Shown: one piece after another, positions 50,642 through 64,000 of the stretch
How the letters are laid out: the number at the start of each line of letters is the position of its first letter
Numbering within the stretch: position 1 is the first letter of the stretch
Assembly (NCBI GenBank): GCA_030141605.1
Contig: JAQGDQ010000461.1
Location: 62,001-126,000 of the forward strand
DNA from: Tubiluchus corallicola
Lineage: Eukaryota; Animalia; Priapulida
Reading direction: 5' to 3'
Length of the DNA stretch: 64,000 bases
The notes under the pieces: generated by a model
Seen by the model: the letters and a program-made list of their open reading frames with translations, nothing else
Told to the model about the DNA's origin: nothing
The model's database searches: none
Program-made: the position numbers and the translations under genes

Positions 50642-51239
50642 ATTAAATGCGGATTTTTACAGAACAATTTTGACGAATGTAAGCCTCTGCACAACGTCTT
50701 AATTAGTGAAAAAGGGCCACTCCGCACGGTTATAAATGATGTTCCTTAATATACCCTCACACTATTACTAGCATAACGGTTGACCGTGTGACCGTTTCCC
50801 ATGGCCAATTGGCCATGTGCATTACAGCGTAAAAAAGTTAATGGAAATCTTCGTTTGTTGTGATTCTGTGGAAAGACAGATCCGTGTCTCGGATCGTAAA
50901 ACCCTTCATTTCGTGTGAACAGTGCACCCTTACAAATGACAAAATGTGAATTGCCATTAATCGCATTCAATATATTGGAGCAAGACAACATAGATGCAGC
51001 AAATAATTATTTTCTTGTAATTGTAATTAAAAGAACTACAGACTTATCGGCGACTGGAAAATTGAAATCTTAAGATGAAAATAACTGCCACTACCACTCT
51101 CTGACTCTCCAAGAAATACTTCACTGCGATTTGGATTTTGACCACTTTTCGTCTACTGTGCAGAGCACCACCAATGGCTGACCATTTCTCCCTAGGCAAT
51201 GATTAATGCACTTCTGTGCAATATGCTAAAAATTGGCAT

Positions 51240-51478
51240 TATGGGTGAGCATCGAACGTTTGAGAACCTAAAAATATAGATTCGAATAATTCAGCCGAAT
51301 ACGCTCTTTATCATTAAAATGTTTGAAACAGCATACAATTAGCGTAATATAGCTGCATTTTCTGTGCAAAAATTTTAGTGGTTTTACTGCAGAACAAAAT
51401 CAAATAATATCTGAAATTCGGTTCAATTCGAATTCAAAAGTCACAAATTCGATTTCTGGCAAAGAATGCTCACTCCTA
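51240..51478. mobile_element. hAT-type MITE, same family as 25554-29193, opposite orientation
   Basis: Termini TATGGGTGAGCAT / ATGCTCACTCCTA; perfect 8-bp TSD ATTGGCAT (51232-51239, 51479-51486); internal TTCGAA motifs shared with the other copy. Confidence 0.85.
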
Positions 51479-52237
51479 ATTGGCATACACTTTTCATTCA
51501 GCGCCCACCTCGAAATTTAATTTCTGTCAATAAACATAATCTTCGATAAATAATTATGAAATTACTAATGTATTTAACCACACTGCCGTATATGTATTAT
51601 TATTATAATTTTTTGTACAAAGTTTTCATTTCCTAATGTTTTTTTATTTTGATAATTGCATTAATTTTCTCACGTTTTTGTTTTATTATTTAAAAGTTTC
51701 ATTCGCTCGTTTTTGTGCATCTAAAATAATTCTTTTAGTATCCAAATTTCATAACATATCACTTTGTTAATGTTGCTTTAGCTTCACATACCTTTTCTTC
51801 ATTCTTTTTATCTGCCTTTAATATCAAAAAACCATAATAAACCACACCATATAGGCCTGTGTGAAATTAGGTTATATTATACAATTAAAAAACATTCATT
51901 CAGTCACCAGTTAAGTGACATTGCCAACTTGCATTGTTAACCGACCTTTTCTGTTCACACATCAAAATCAAAATTTGTTGTCATGTTGTTAATATGATAG
52001 AAAAAGTTAGCCGAAGTCCCTTCAAATAATACTACATCACAATGCTAAGCGGGCAATGATTCAAAATGTTGAATATTTTAGTTTTACCTCCCTCCCAGAA
52101 GTGAAATATTTTTACACAGCATGCTAAAAAGGACATTTCGTGGGACGAAAACCTACCTCCTCTAGTAAAACTATTATTACTATTGTTTGAAACCCTGAGT
52201 CCTCGTTCCATCCTGCACGGGGACATTTTGTCGATCA

Positions 52238-55200
52238 TCAATGTTGTGTTATTTGTGGCTGACAGACCACTGTAATTCCCTGCATCAAACTGACTCGGAT
52301 CCTCCTAGTATATTCACAATAGGTTATTAGATGTATGGCTATTGACGTTTCTTCCCGTTTACTGTTTTAGATATGCCCTCATGACACATTTAACTTTAAA
52401 CATCACCTTATCCAAAAATTTTTATGTAGAAGTGCAAAGTGTACGATGTAGGATAACATTACAAAAATATTTTTTATGCCTTATTAATAAAACACCATTT
52501 GATGTAATATTAATATCAGTGATTTTTTATCTATCCAACCAAGTAAACATACTAAATATAGTAAACATGGGTGTATTTCAAAATTGTTAGCAAGTTATTT
52601 AACACGATATACGCAAAGTAATACCATGTAAAAGACAATCAATTAAAATTTAACACAAAATAGCTAATCCTGTTACAATACAAGCAAACTAATTTAGTAC
52701 AATCTTAGGATAGCCTAACTTTGAATTATTTGTGCCACGTCGCGTTTGCCGTAGATCACATTTTAGTTGCTCATTTGTAGACAACTGTCTATCCAGCTGC
52801 AACTTCATTTTTTGTAATTCATCTCGTTGGTTAATCATAGAACTTTGCATTTCATCCTCCAGATGTCGCTTCAGTGACTGTGACTATAAAAAAGAAGTAC
52901 CGAAATTGCAATATTATTATAGTACATTAAAGTGGAAGTCGTAAGCTAAAAACTTCCACCAAGTTCAATAATAAATTAATGAAAGGCAAATACACAATCT
53001 ACAAGTGTAAGCTTCAAGCTTTCAATGATGTTAACATTACTATTATAGTTTTATAATTGATTAAGTCGTATAAATATAAATAACTGAAGTTGATCAGATT
53101 CAGCATTTAAGAGATGTTACATCATCCCCTGGTATGGAAAAATATATTGCATTTTTAACAGTATGAACTACCATATTAAAAATAATATTTCAATCAAAAA
53201 GTGTTGGTATCATTACGTCACATTTTCCATTCAATTGGTTTTTTAATATTAGCCTGTCCGCTACAGAGTAATTTTTCAATCAGGAATTTGCCTGGGGAAT
53301 AGGTAACATATTAAGACTAATGTTACAATTTTCCAATTTTTCATAATTAAAAGTCGAAATCTTTTAACACCGACATTGTGCTGGCATAAACAACTATTTA
53401 CTTGTCTACAACATCTTCAACATTACTTTAGAATAAGAAAGCTGACTAAAAACTAAATTACCTGCTGTAATTTTACTTTGAGAACTTCAAGTTGTGAATT
53501 CAAAGAAACATTTTCCACCAGCAGTTTATCTTTTCCCAGTGCTATGTCTTTTTTAACTTGTGAAGCAGTCTCTCTAGCCTGCTGAATTTCTGCTCCTAGA
53601 ATACTTCTCTGAGTATGAACCTCAGTTTTCATCATCATGTTTCTTTCTTTTGCTAATCTTAGCTCTTTATGCAATTCTTGTTTCTCTTCATCAGCTCCTA
53701 TTAGCAGTTTTTGTAATTCAGGTATATGTGCTGTAGCTGCATTAGCATGATGAAGTTGTACAGTCAGTGCTTCACATTCCTTCACAAGAGCTGCCTTTTC
53801 AGCTGATAGTTTATCCTCAATTTCCTCTTTTGCTGACTGAATTTTACTCAGTTGTTCAGTGTAATACGAGATTTCTTGCTTGTTAGCAAAAAGCGAAGAT
53901 TTGAGCAAGCTCTCCCGTTGAGCTATTTCATTCATGTGTTGCACTGAAAGTGACTGGTTTGCTTCTATTAGTTGGCTTTTCTCATACAATAGTGAATTAA
54001 GGTTCTGAGTTAATTCAGCATTCTGGACAGTAAGCTCTTCAACAGTAAGTTTTGCTGACTCTGCCTTCTGCTCAGCAGAACCTTTCTCTGATGAAATAAA
54101 TTCAGAGAGCCTTTGATTATCTTTAGAAGCCTGAAATATACAAAGTTTCATGTATGTAATGTACGAGGTACGAGAAAATTTTGAGCTTCATTATCTCAGA
54201 TGCAGTGAAAACAGTTTAATTTGTATCTCTGAAGATTAAAGAAATCACGAGCTAAAAGAAATACAGGACTACTACAAGACTATTCTTCATGGGTAGGATG
54301 AAATCCAATTGTAAGCAGATGTGAGTGCACATCAAAATAATTCTAAAACATCTATATAATCTGAACAGAATTTCATAGATTTGTACAATGTTATGAAAGG
54401 GGTAAGAATACTAAAAAATTCCTATAAAGTTGGTTATAACCAAATTCCCTTTTAAAAGACTTCAACAAGGGAGTTAACAAGAAATACACAATGTTTATCA
54501 GTAATAGATTTCACAACTTGTGTCATTCAAAACTTATTTTACTCAATAACCATTTCTGGTATAAATGAGGAAAGCTAACATTACATAAAGAAAAACACAC
54601 TTACCAGTTGTAAATGGTGTTCCAGATCTTTTACAACTCGCTTATGATCATAATCAACAGCAACCAGCTTTTCTTCTAATTTCACATTTTCCGCCTTCTG
54701 CTGATGCACGTCTGCCAATAAAGCACCAAGTTCCTGATTCAACTGTGTTTCTGTAGCTAAAGATTTTAACAACTTATTGCTCTGTTCATCAAACTCGTGT
54801 TCTACATGCTTTAACTTCGTGTTCAGTGCTAAGTAGTGGGTTTTTCCTTGTTCAACCTTTTCAGTTAAACTTTCAAGTTCTGTTTTATATAGCTTCTCTT
54901 TTTCCTCCAGTGCTACAGTTAGTTGCTGAACGCCAGCTTGAGATTTTTCAAGCTGACACAAGCATTTATTGATTTCTAGCTGCTGCTGATTTCGTTGTGC
55001 TTCCAACACATTTTGCTCACTCATCTTTTGTTCAACACTCTTTTTCAGCTGCTCTCGTTGTTTTTCGTGAGAAATTTCCATATCACTTATTAAAGATTTT
55101 AGCTTCATGTTCTCCTCCTGGCTAATACCCAGTTTTCCTTGCAAAATTTCTGTGTTTTGCTTGAAAAGTTCTTCTGTTTTTTCCAACTGTGATCGTAAGT

Positions 55201-57244
55201 GAATGATCTCCTTGTGTGCACCCGATAGCTTCATATTTACAAAATCAAGATCATCAGCATGGGTCTGTTTCAGTTTGTTCATACTGTTCATCATTTCCTG
55301 TTTTGAAAGTTCTGCATCATGAATTTTTTTATACAGAATTTTTCTCGCATTTTCGCACTCTTTGCTAAAATCTGCCAGTTCTGCCTGCATACGAGTATTC
55401 TCCAGACGAACATGATCCATGTTATTCCTCAGGGTCAAGTTTTCATGCTGTAGTTTTTCAAAGGTAACTAAATGCTCCCTAATGCCAAGTTTGCTATTAT
55501 ACCTAGATTGCTGCAGCTGTTCGATAATCTCTCTATTTTCTTGTCGCAGTCGCATAATTTCATCCTGAAGAGAATCTAGTTGTTCTTTGTAAAGCATTTT
55601 CGCTTGTTGTAACTCTAACTGCAAGATGGAATTTTCTGCACGTAGTTTTTTCATTTCGTCAAAAATCACATGCCGTTCCATTGATCCAACTGGCTTTTTT
55701 AATTCATTGTTATCCATTACAAATCCTGTAATACTTTCCTTCTGAATTTCAGCGCTTTTGTATTCTGTTTCACCAGGACGTTTCTTCCAGCTGTAGTCTT
55801 CTTGATTCTTCATGCTAAACTCACTTTTCACAATATTACGAGAATCATTGGTGACCCGATTAAAAGTTGCATTATCAAAAATTTTAGATTCTAATTCCAC
55901 AGCATTATTGCATCTTTCCCGTAGGGCATGGTCGTCTAAAGAATCTAATAACATTGGCTGAGTTTCAACAGATTTATCTATGAACTCAATGACTTTGCGT
56001 TCAATCTGTGTACAAACGTCTTTCCGTTGTGGCATAACCTTATCTTTTAACGTATAGTTTTCATTACTAAGGCGATGAATCTCATTTTCTAAATCTTTTA
56101 ACTTGCCCACAGGTGATATAACATTATCACTCTGAGCAGATAATGCAGATTTCGTTTGTTCTAGTTCTTCCCTAAGGTTCTTCAACTCAAATTGTAGCTC
56201 TAAATTTCTATCTTTTTGAAGCAACAAATTTCTTTCCAAAGAAGTATTCTGCAGTGTCAAATCTTCAATGCAAGTTTTTGAAGCACTTGCAGAATTACTA
56301 GCCTGCAGCGATTCCTTGAGGATCCTCAACTCAGACTGTAGCTCTAGATTTCTATCTTTTTGAAGCGACAAATCTCTTTCCAAAGAAGTATTGTGCAACG
56401 TTAAATCTTCAATACAAGCTTTTGAAGCACTTATAGAATTACTAGTCTGCGATGATTCACCTTTCTTCAAGCGATTCAGTTCATCATTTTCTTCTTGCAG
56501 TTGTTTTACCTTTCTGAGCAACTCATCTTTCTCGATTCTGCTAGAATTTTTGATAGTCTCATTTATCTGTTGAAGATCCTGTTTTTGGCCCAAAACACTC
56601 TGAAACTCCTGTTTTAGCTCTTGCAGTTGGTTATGTACTCCTTGTAACTTAGTAATCTGGAGAGATTTGTCTTGCAAAGTAGATTCCAAATCATTCATCT
56701 TCTTCCTGTGCAGATGCTATAAAAACATTAGAATTATTTTTTATAGCTCCAAATTCAAACACTTTCTTTAATGTATAATCGTTTTTAAAAGAATATGGTG
56801 CTCTGCAAGCACTTAATGTCTACATTAATTTAGGTGGTTGGGGTGAGAGCGGAATCTAGCTCATATCATAGATGGGCTTTAAAGATAATTAAACTACATC
56901 ATATCTATTTAGTCTGATGTTATTACTTTAACCATGCAACAATTTGCATAAAAATCTTTCTCTATCTCTTTTCACCTCCCCTTTTTCTCTGTTGCCCACC
57001 TAACAGCACCACAGCATCCATAAAGGAACTTGTATAAAAAATATAGTGTTAATAGTAATGAAAAGTACAGTTCTTAAAGTATCAAATAGAGTATCATATG
57101 GCTGGAATGGTAGTGAGCACATCAAGAGAAATACACTGTCATAGCAGTCAAATATAGACAAGTTTTACTAAAAAGAATTATTTCAGTATAGAAAAGGCAT
57201 TGTATGATTCGTACTTATTGATGAGATAATATATATATATTACC

Positions 57245-57290
<46 letters not shown>

Positions 57291-60200
57291 AGTATCCTGT
57301 GGCATCAATAATGAACGTGTGCCACCTGTCAGTCTCTTATTTAGGTAAAACACTACATCATATACACAAATTTCACTTAATGCCAGGACTAACTGCAGTG
57401 TTATAAATGCCTCATAATGCTCACAATTAATTAATAACACACTGCTACACTAGGCTAGCGCCCATTTTTATTATCGTTTCAAAATAGCCATATTAACCTC
57501 ACGTAATATAAGTGTTTGTAACGAGACTAGTACCAGTCATGATTTTGCCAAGATTATAGCTTTTCAAAAGTGTCGGCCCCGGTAGTCAATCTGTAGTAAT
57601 GACACTCAAACAGAATTTCGGCATTACTGTTTCCACAACAAGTACAGGCTACACAGAATTTCAAACTTGATAATGTTAGACATGGATGGGAAGTGGACTC
57701 CATAAATCAATAATGTTGTGTTTGCTGCTGCTAGTCTGCCAGCAGGGCAATTGTACACGTGTGTGGATTGCAAACCAGACTGCAGTCACATGCAGCATGA
57801 ATGATTATGTAGTTTTCTAAAAAGAAGACCAAAACACAGTGCTTTTGCATGTGTAGATTGTTGTCTATTGTCCAGTGTCGATGATTTACTGTACATATCA
57901 AAAAAGTACCTGTAAATGTCACTGTTTCATATAAAAAAAAGACTATTGGATACGTGTTTGCAGTAACATTATATTTGTCAAAGAATTCATTTTGTCATTC
58001 ACACACTTATTTATCATTACATTTAGTTAGTACAACAGATAAAAACAACTGAAGGGTTGGGGCCATTACATTAAAAATGACTGTTGCAAATATCAGAAGC
58101 CATCGTCAAGAAGAGTTACACCCGAGTAACCTGACTCATTTATTACAATATTTAGAGGCCTACAAACAATCTCGTCAGCCAGATGCTATGAAGCTGAACA
58201 AGCATTTGTTGTAAGCACCAGTGGCGGCTCATAGCTAAAATTAGTGGGTGCTGCAAAATTAAAATTTTTTTAGCCATTGTTTTAATACTGTGTAAAATGA
58301 AACACACATATGTAATTATAATGTCGTAATTATAATGTTAAACAAATAAACTAATTTAAACACAACCTTGATAAACTCCTAAACAAAAAATGTTATTTTC
58401 TTACGAATATATTCTTAAAAATATTTTCTTTCTTTGCTTTATAAACACAAATTATTGTAATGTTCGAATGTTTAATTGTACCGTGAGATGGTTTTGTGTC
58501 TATGTGAACATAGGTGTGTGAATTACCTCTACGATACGTATTATTTTATATGAGATTGTATTTGTAAAAGTGTGCTTCAGCTTTTTAGATTAAAAGTGTG
58601 CTTTATTTTTTTTAGATAGGAGTAATGTACGGTAGCTAATATCATTTTTTACTTTATTACTCGTGTTTTTTATGCACCCCTACAGCACTCGTAGTTCTAA
58701 TTTTTTGCACCAGACCCATCTGCCTATTAGCAGTGTAACCCAGGCAATCACTGAATGATATTTCACATTGTATAATGTATATTATCATTGTTTTATGGTA
58801 ATTTATATAAACTGCCGCAGTTCAAGAATATGCCGATACACGGCTTTTAAACACGTGACAACTGACAACACGTTCTGCAGTGAGCGACAGTACTCCTTCC
58901 TAAAGTACAGCGTCTTATCTCAGATATGTGTGCATGACCGCATGCGCACAACAGCCAAACACCGCGTTGCTTGGTCTGTGAAGCAAATTGTACTTCCTTC
59001 ACGTGCTCCAGTTACGCACAAGTATAAAGAAAGAACTAAACAAAAAAGAGTGTATTAAATATTATCGAAAATAATGAGTGAAAATAGGGGGTGTTGCACT
59101 ACCACAGTACCTATACAAGAGCCGCCACTGGTAAGCACTCAGTTTCACACTATGTCAACTGAGCTCACCGCACATTATGGAGATCGTGCTTTTTAAGACA
59201 GCACTACGAGTCTATGTGTCACCAAAGAACTTGTAAGACTTAATAAAACTAGTTGTTATATCACTGTAGCTATTTGTACCAGTGACTAATATGTAATACC
59301 TATCAATAAAACTGACAAACTAACTGATTACAATAATGAAAATCGTCTTTAAAAGCTTCACATTGCTTTCAGTATTGCTGTTATAATGTATGGAGGCTTC
59401 ACGATATTTTTATTTCAATTTCAGCAAGTCACTCTAAGTGTTTATTAGCAACTTATGAGTTTCGATTTTGGTGAGGTCTTGACTATCAATAGGTCAGCCT
59501 CGGCCCCGATTTCAATTTCATAATTTTAAATAGGCTGAGAAATTGCAAACACAGTAAAATACCTGACTTTCAGATGCTTGCTTTTTAAACGCAGAGAATT
59601 CTGTTTCTATTTCAACCAACTGAAGTTTGGAGTCCTTTAGTTCTGCAATCACCCTTTGATTTTCTGCCTCCAGTCTGTCCTCATCATCTCCTAAGTTACC
59701 AAAGTTTATTAGCAAGGCAAAAATGCAACAAAATATAAATTGTACAGCAAAAAATGTAAAGCATCATAATATAAATTTATCATCATGTCATTACAATTTA
59801 CGAACAGATTTTTCAATGATATCTACAACTGCTGATTGCAAAAATGTGCAACAATAAAGTGCTTGTGTCAAAATGAAATGACTGCATGCATGAACAAACT
59901 AAATAACTTTGATACACACAAACTACTTCCAATAAACAAAATTATTTTAATACAGTTGGCCACATTTTGTACAACTATCAATTACATGAAGCTTGAATTT
60001 TCATGCTTGCTGCTGAACTAAATGCTAAAAAGTACAACTGCAAGTGTAGCTTTATGTCATTGAAAAGATATAGATTATCATACCACACAAAGATATCAAA
60101 ATAAAAATCAAACTAAGATATTGTGGTATTTCAGATGACTAGAATAAATATGCCCTGGAAAAGATAAGACAGAATAAAAAATGTGCTGATCAGTTGCTAT

Positions 60201-62628
60201 GTTTCCACCATGTCTGAATTTGTACACACAAATTCTGCTGGGCGTATTTACGAATGACTGCCATCTTGGCTTTTACCTTTAGAAAAATATTTAAAAGCAG
60301 GTTATACAAATGTTACAGCAATCAACCATAAATGTGTGTGCTAGAAGACTTTAGATGAAATCAGACATGGAGGAAATGCTGCGACTGGCAAGTGGTACAA
60401 CATCTAGTTTAGCACCACCTTTAGCATGGATAACTCTTTGCATTTGTTGCTCCAACTCATCATACTGGTATAGTGATTCACTTAGCTAAAACATCAGAAA
60501 TAAGGTAATCAAATAGTTACAGGTAAGAAACAAGTTAGAATTAGAATTTTTCTAAGTTTACCCCCAAAAAGCTGCTCAGTAATAAAGAAGCTTCTGCTTC
60601 AGTTACAAACGTACAGGGCAGACTGCATTTGGGCTCTTACAGTAATTTATCGAAAGATTTTACTTTTTGTAGATAATTAAAAGAAAGTTCAATGTTGTTT
60701 TGTAATGCCTGATGTCTGGATTATGGCATATTGTTTAGAGAGCTCATTTACATGTAAGCAAATAGCAATTATGAAAAAAATGTTAATATCAGTTTAAAAA
60801 AAACAAGTGTCCACAAAACGCACGATTAAATACACTTTTAGAAAACCAACACGGTGAACAAACATTTTCCCAACTCTAACAGGTCAACATGTCGGTTTTA
60901 TATTATATGTAAACTGTCTTTTCATCTGTGTATATATTTATTATTGCCACAAATTTCTGAAACATATTAAAAAATAAAAAATTCCTTAAAACAGCAGCTG
61001 TAAAAATGTCAAGTTGAACATTAATAAGTGTTTGTTTACATAGATCTCAAGGTAATTATCATTGCTTACTTTATGTGAGAGTTCATCTTTATCAATGAGC
61101 AGCTGCCTGTTCTCTTTCTTCAAACTTAACAATGTTGCTTGACTTTTGGCTACCACTTCGTCTAACTCTGCTCTCTCTATGGCTGATCGTTGGAGCTTGT
61201 GGATCAGCTGCCCGTGCTGATAAAGCACCTCGTCACTGAAGAGAAACGATTTTCTAAATCATTGGTATCAATAATATCTTACTTTGTTTCCACATCAATG
61301 TTCTGACAGAGATGTAGCACAGAAACAAATGTCAAAGGTGAAATAAAATCTTAATAGATTATATACCATGTAGGTGAATTAACACATTCAATACAAGTAT
61401 TAGTGTAAGTTAATGTATATTAAATCCTCTGCAATGAAACTATCCTAACAGCTAAAACATCCCGGGTTTTTGATATTTTTAAATAACCTAGTGCTTATGT
61501 TTTTAAATTTGAAGACGCCTAGTCATAATCACTTTAGCGTGTGTATTAGCAGCACAGGTTTAATTGAAAAACAAGCACATACCAATGAGATGCATTGTTT
61601 CGCAAATGCGAATTCAAGAAAATTATTTTTTATTATGAACTTGACATGACATGAAATTAATATATAAGACTGTACTAAATAAGAAAGTGTTTCCTCGAGG
61701 GTTTTTCTGAATTTATTTTCTCAGTTTTTTTTTGTATTAAGCATCAAAAATAAAAAACTGAACAAACTTTTCATTTTTCTGTCCTTGACAGTTTTATCAA
61801 CACAGAATTAATAAAATTGCGGCTGCTGACCACTAACACGCTAATCATTCATACACCATGAAAAGTACGCAAACAGTTTGCTTTTTAATGCAGCACAATG
61901 CTGCTGTTAATGCAGTAAGCTACCAGAAATGGTGTCACACACAGTACTCAAATAAAATTTGCCAAACTGCCATAGAATTAACCACACATTTAACATAATA
62001 AACTGTCTTAGGTTAGGTATCAAATACCATCTTCCAACGACTTCGGGCATTAACACAGACAACACGTTTTTATAAGTCATGTAGAGCAACAACAACAAAT
62101 TTATTCATTGAAACATATTGTTCGTTTAGGTTTTGGCCCCACAAAATGTTTTAGTAAATGAAGTCTGCCATCGTATTGGCACAGTAAAGCAGAACCCGAG
62201 TCTAGTTACAGCACTGCCAAATATTACATATTGTAGCTGTAGTCTGGCTTGAAAACTCTGGGAAAAAAGCAAATAACGGACTTTTTGTAATGAAGCTTCA
62301 CATACACCCAGGACAAATGTCAAAGTCATTGTGTGCAACAGATACCATTCTTTTCATGCTCTACTACTCTATATGAACAATCTACGAACAAAAGTAATTA
62401 AAATTTATTTGACTAATCGAACAAAACAATTTAAAACTCAAATTTTCAAATTCAAATGCTTAGAAAGTGCAACAATTACAATTATGTTTTGCCCTCAAAC
62501 ATGTAAGTGCATGTAAAAAGTGAAACATTGCTGTATTACCCAGATTCCATTACTGTGGGTAAGCTTGTTATTGGAGTTCCTGCTGTGCCATTATCTGTAT
62601 CATCTTCCTCAGCCAGTGTCCATTCCAT
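52238..62628 (-). CDS. Large coiled-coil protein (about 1,150 aa; family not recognised); last exon uncertain
   Basis: Phase-compatible GT-AG exons 62628-62540, 61235-61070, 60485-60419, 59690-59563, 56716-54605, 54130-53462 and 52883-52720, then probably 52304 onward (stop 52238, or 52032 in another frame). E/Q/K/L-rich heptad pattern throughout. Confidence 0.8.
57229..57290. repeat. (TA)n microsatellite
   Basis: Visible interrupted dinucleotide tract. Confidence 0.9.
58219..59130. mobile_element. hAT-type MITE in an intron of the coiled-coil gene
   Basis: 12-bp TIR CAGTGGCGGCTC; perfect 8-bp TSD GTAAGCAC (58211-58218, 59131-59138). Confidence 0.9.
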
Positions 62629-63766
62629 AGTGCGACAAAAGCAGCTAAAAAGAGATTTGACATTGTAAAACCCATGCAGGGTATCCTTTCTAAAACACAA
62701 AACTTTTGTTTAGTCAATTCGTAAAAAATTACAGTGAAATAATAGTTGCAGCGAAGTAGTGAAAAAAATAGTTACAGAGTTACTGATTTTCAAAGATTGA
62801 AACCTTGTGATGTCACATGAAGGCAGAAAGCAGTACAGCAGAATCAGAATTTTCGTTTTGTAAGCAAAATCAAAATCTCCCTCGTATTTCCACTGTTTCT
62901 ATCCTCCAGGTTCCGGTATCACTATTTCTATTTCTCCCTTTCCAGGTTCCAAAATTTTAACAACGTTGACCGTCGTATATTTATACCTCTTGCTGGATTA
63001 ATAAGTACAAAATTCCCAGCCCCACGCGAAAACAATAAATAATCGGTATGATGTAACGAGCCCACGACACTATTGTATTGACTGTTGAGTCTGAGTTTGT
63101 CAGTTTTCATTTGATGAATTCAAAACGGTGTTTGTCAAACTAACAGTTTATCAGTTTCTCTCTTTACAGGATCAAAATAGTTTGCCAAACTAAAACTGAC
63201 AAACAAGTTTAACGAAGAAATTGAACGTCTAAACGACCCTTAAGAGGGGAGCTGACCCAGAATTAAGAGTAAGACTATTTGGAGGGGTGATATCTTCATA
63301 AAGTGCAGGCTGTTGGTGTTATCAAACGTCACTGCATGTTAAAGAATGGTCAAACTGACATGGAGGCTCATATCTAAGATTAAGAGTTAGTTCCTGAATG
63401 AAATCACCTAATAGTAATGCATGTGCCGGGCTAAAAAACTGATTGTTGGGAGCGGAGTAGGACACTAGAGACCTAAATTGAGTCATTAACTGTACTAGCA
63501 GCATCCATTGTTCTTGTTTATTTAATAATAATAATTGAAAATGTCAACACACATTGAATAATTTATTATACATCTGATAAAATAATCTTATTCTGAGCTA
63601 GTAGAATGGCCTATATTGAATTTGGCTTCGATATTAATATTTTTGAAGTGAAATAAGCCCGCTTTTAGGCGATTCCAACATTTGCTTACGGTATATCATT
63701 TTTTATTTTGTCTCGGTTCACAGACAGGTGATCAGTTTCACTACATCTTGGACAAATAATTGTTGG

Positions 63767-64000
63767 CAGTGACTAAAGGTACGGATCCGTATCCAGAACT
63801 GCAGCAACTAAAAATACGGATCTGTGTCTCGAAAACATTCACCAGAAAATACGGATTGATCCGTACAGCGAATCCCCGGTTTGCATATGAAAAACAACAG
63901 GATTAGATTAAAAAAACTTTTTTCTTATATTATGCCGAGCTATTAATTTTTTTCTGACATGAATATGTTTATATTGTCAATTGAATACATATGCGTCTTC
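63767..64000. mobile_element. Probable left end of a DNA transposon/MITE running off the window
   Basis: CAGTG terminus followed by repeated ACGGAT/ATCCGT subterminal motifs; the other end is not visible. Confidence 0.4.

Noticed and set aside
52032-52060. C-terminal CPLSIVM as a CaaX box (lamin-like protein)
   Set aside because: The Cys is not at position -4, and no lamin/IF consensus or tail domain is visible.

Overview
AT-rich eukaryotic (metazoan, invertebrate-like) genomic DNA with GT-AG introns; not prokaryotic, and I saw no CRISPR array, rRNA or intact tRNA. Five protein-coding genes can be assembled by hand. (1) UTP4/cirhin (minus): intronless CDS broken by a frameshift near codon 52. 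(2) Myeloid leukemia factor MLF (minus): 6 coding exons plus a 3'-UTR intron. (3) Acetyl-CoA transporter SLC33A1 (plus): 8 coding exons. (4) Kynureninase KYNU (minus): only one coding intron. (5) A roughly 1,150-aa coiled-coil protein (minus) with a 2.1-kb exon containing a 48-aa tandem duplication. Introns and intergenic DNA are dense with non-autonomous transposons (Tc1/mariner-Tigger, hAT, Merlin-like MITEs, a Helitron) and decayed LINEs, including a three-level nest (LINE inside hAT MITE inside CR1-type LINE). The most notable observations are the UTP4 frameshift, the nested insertion, a fold-back element with inverted tRNA-like arms between convergent genes, and selective intron poverty. 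I found no clear evidence of a wholly new biological system. All gene models are manual and lack RNA support.
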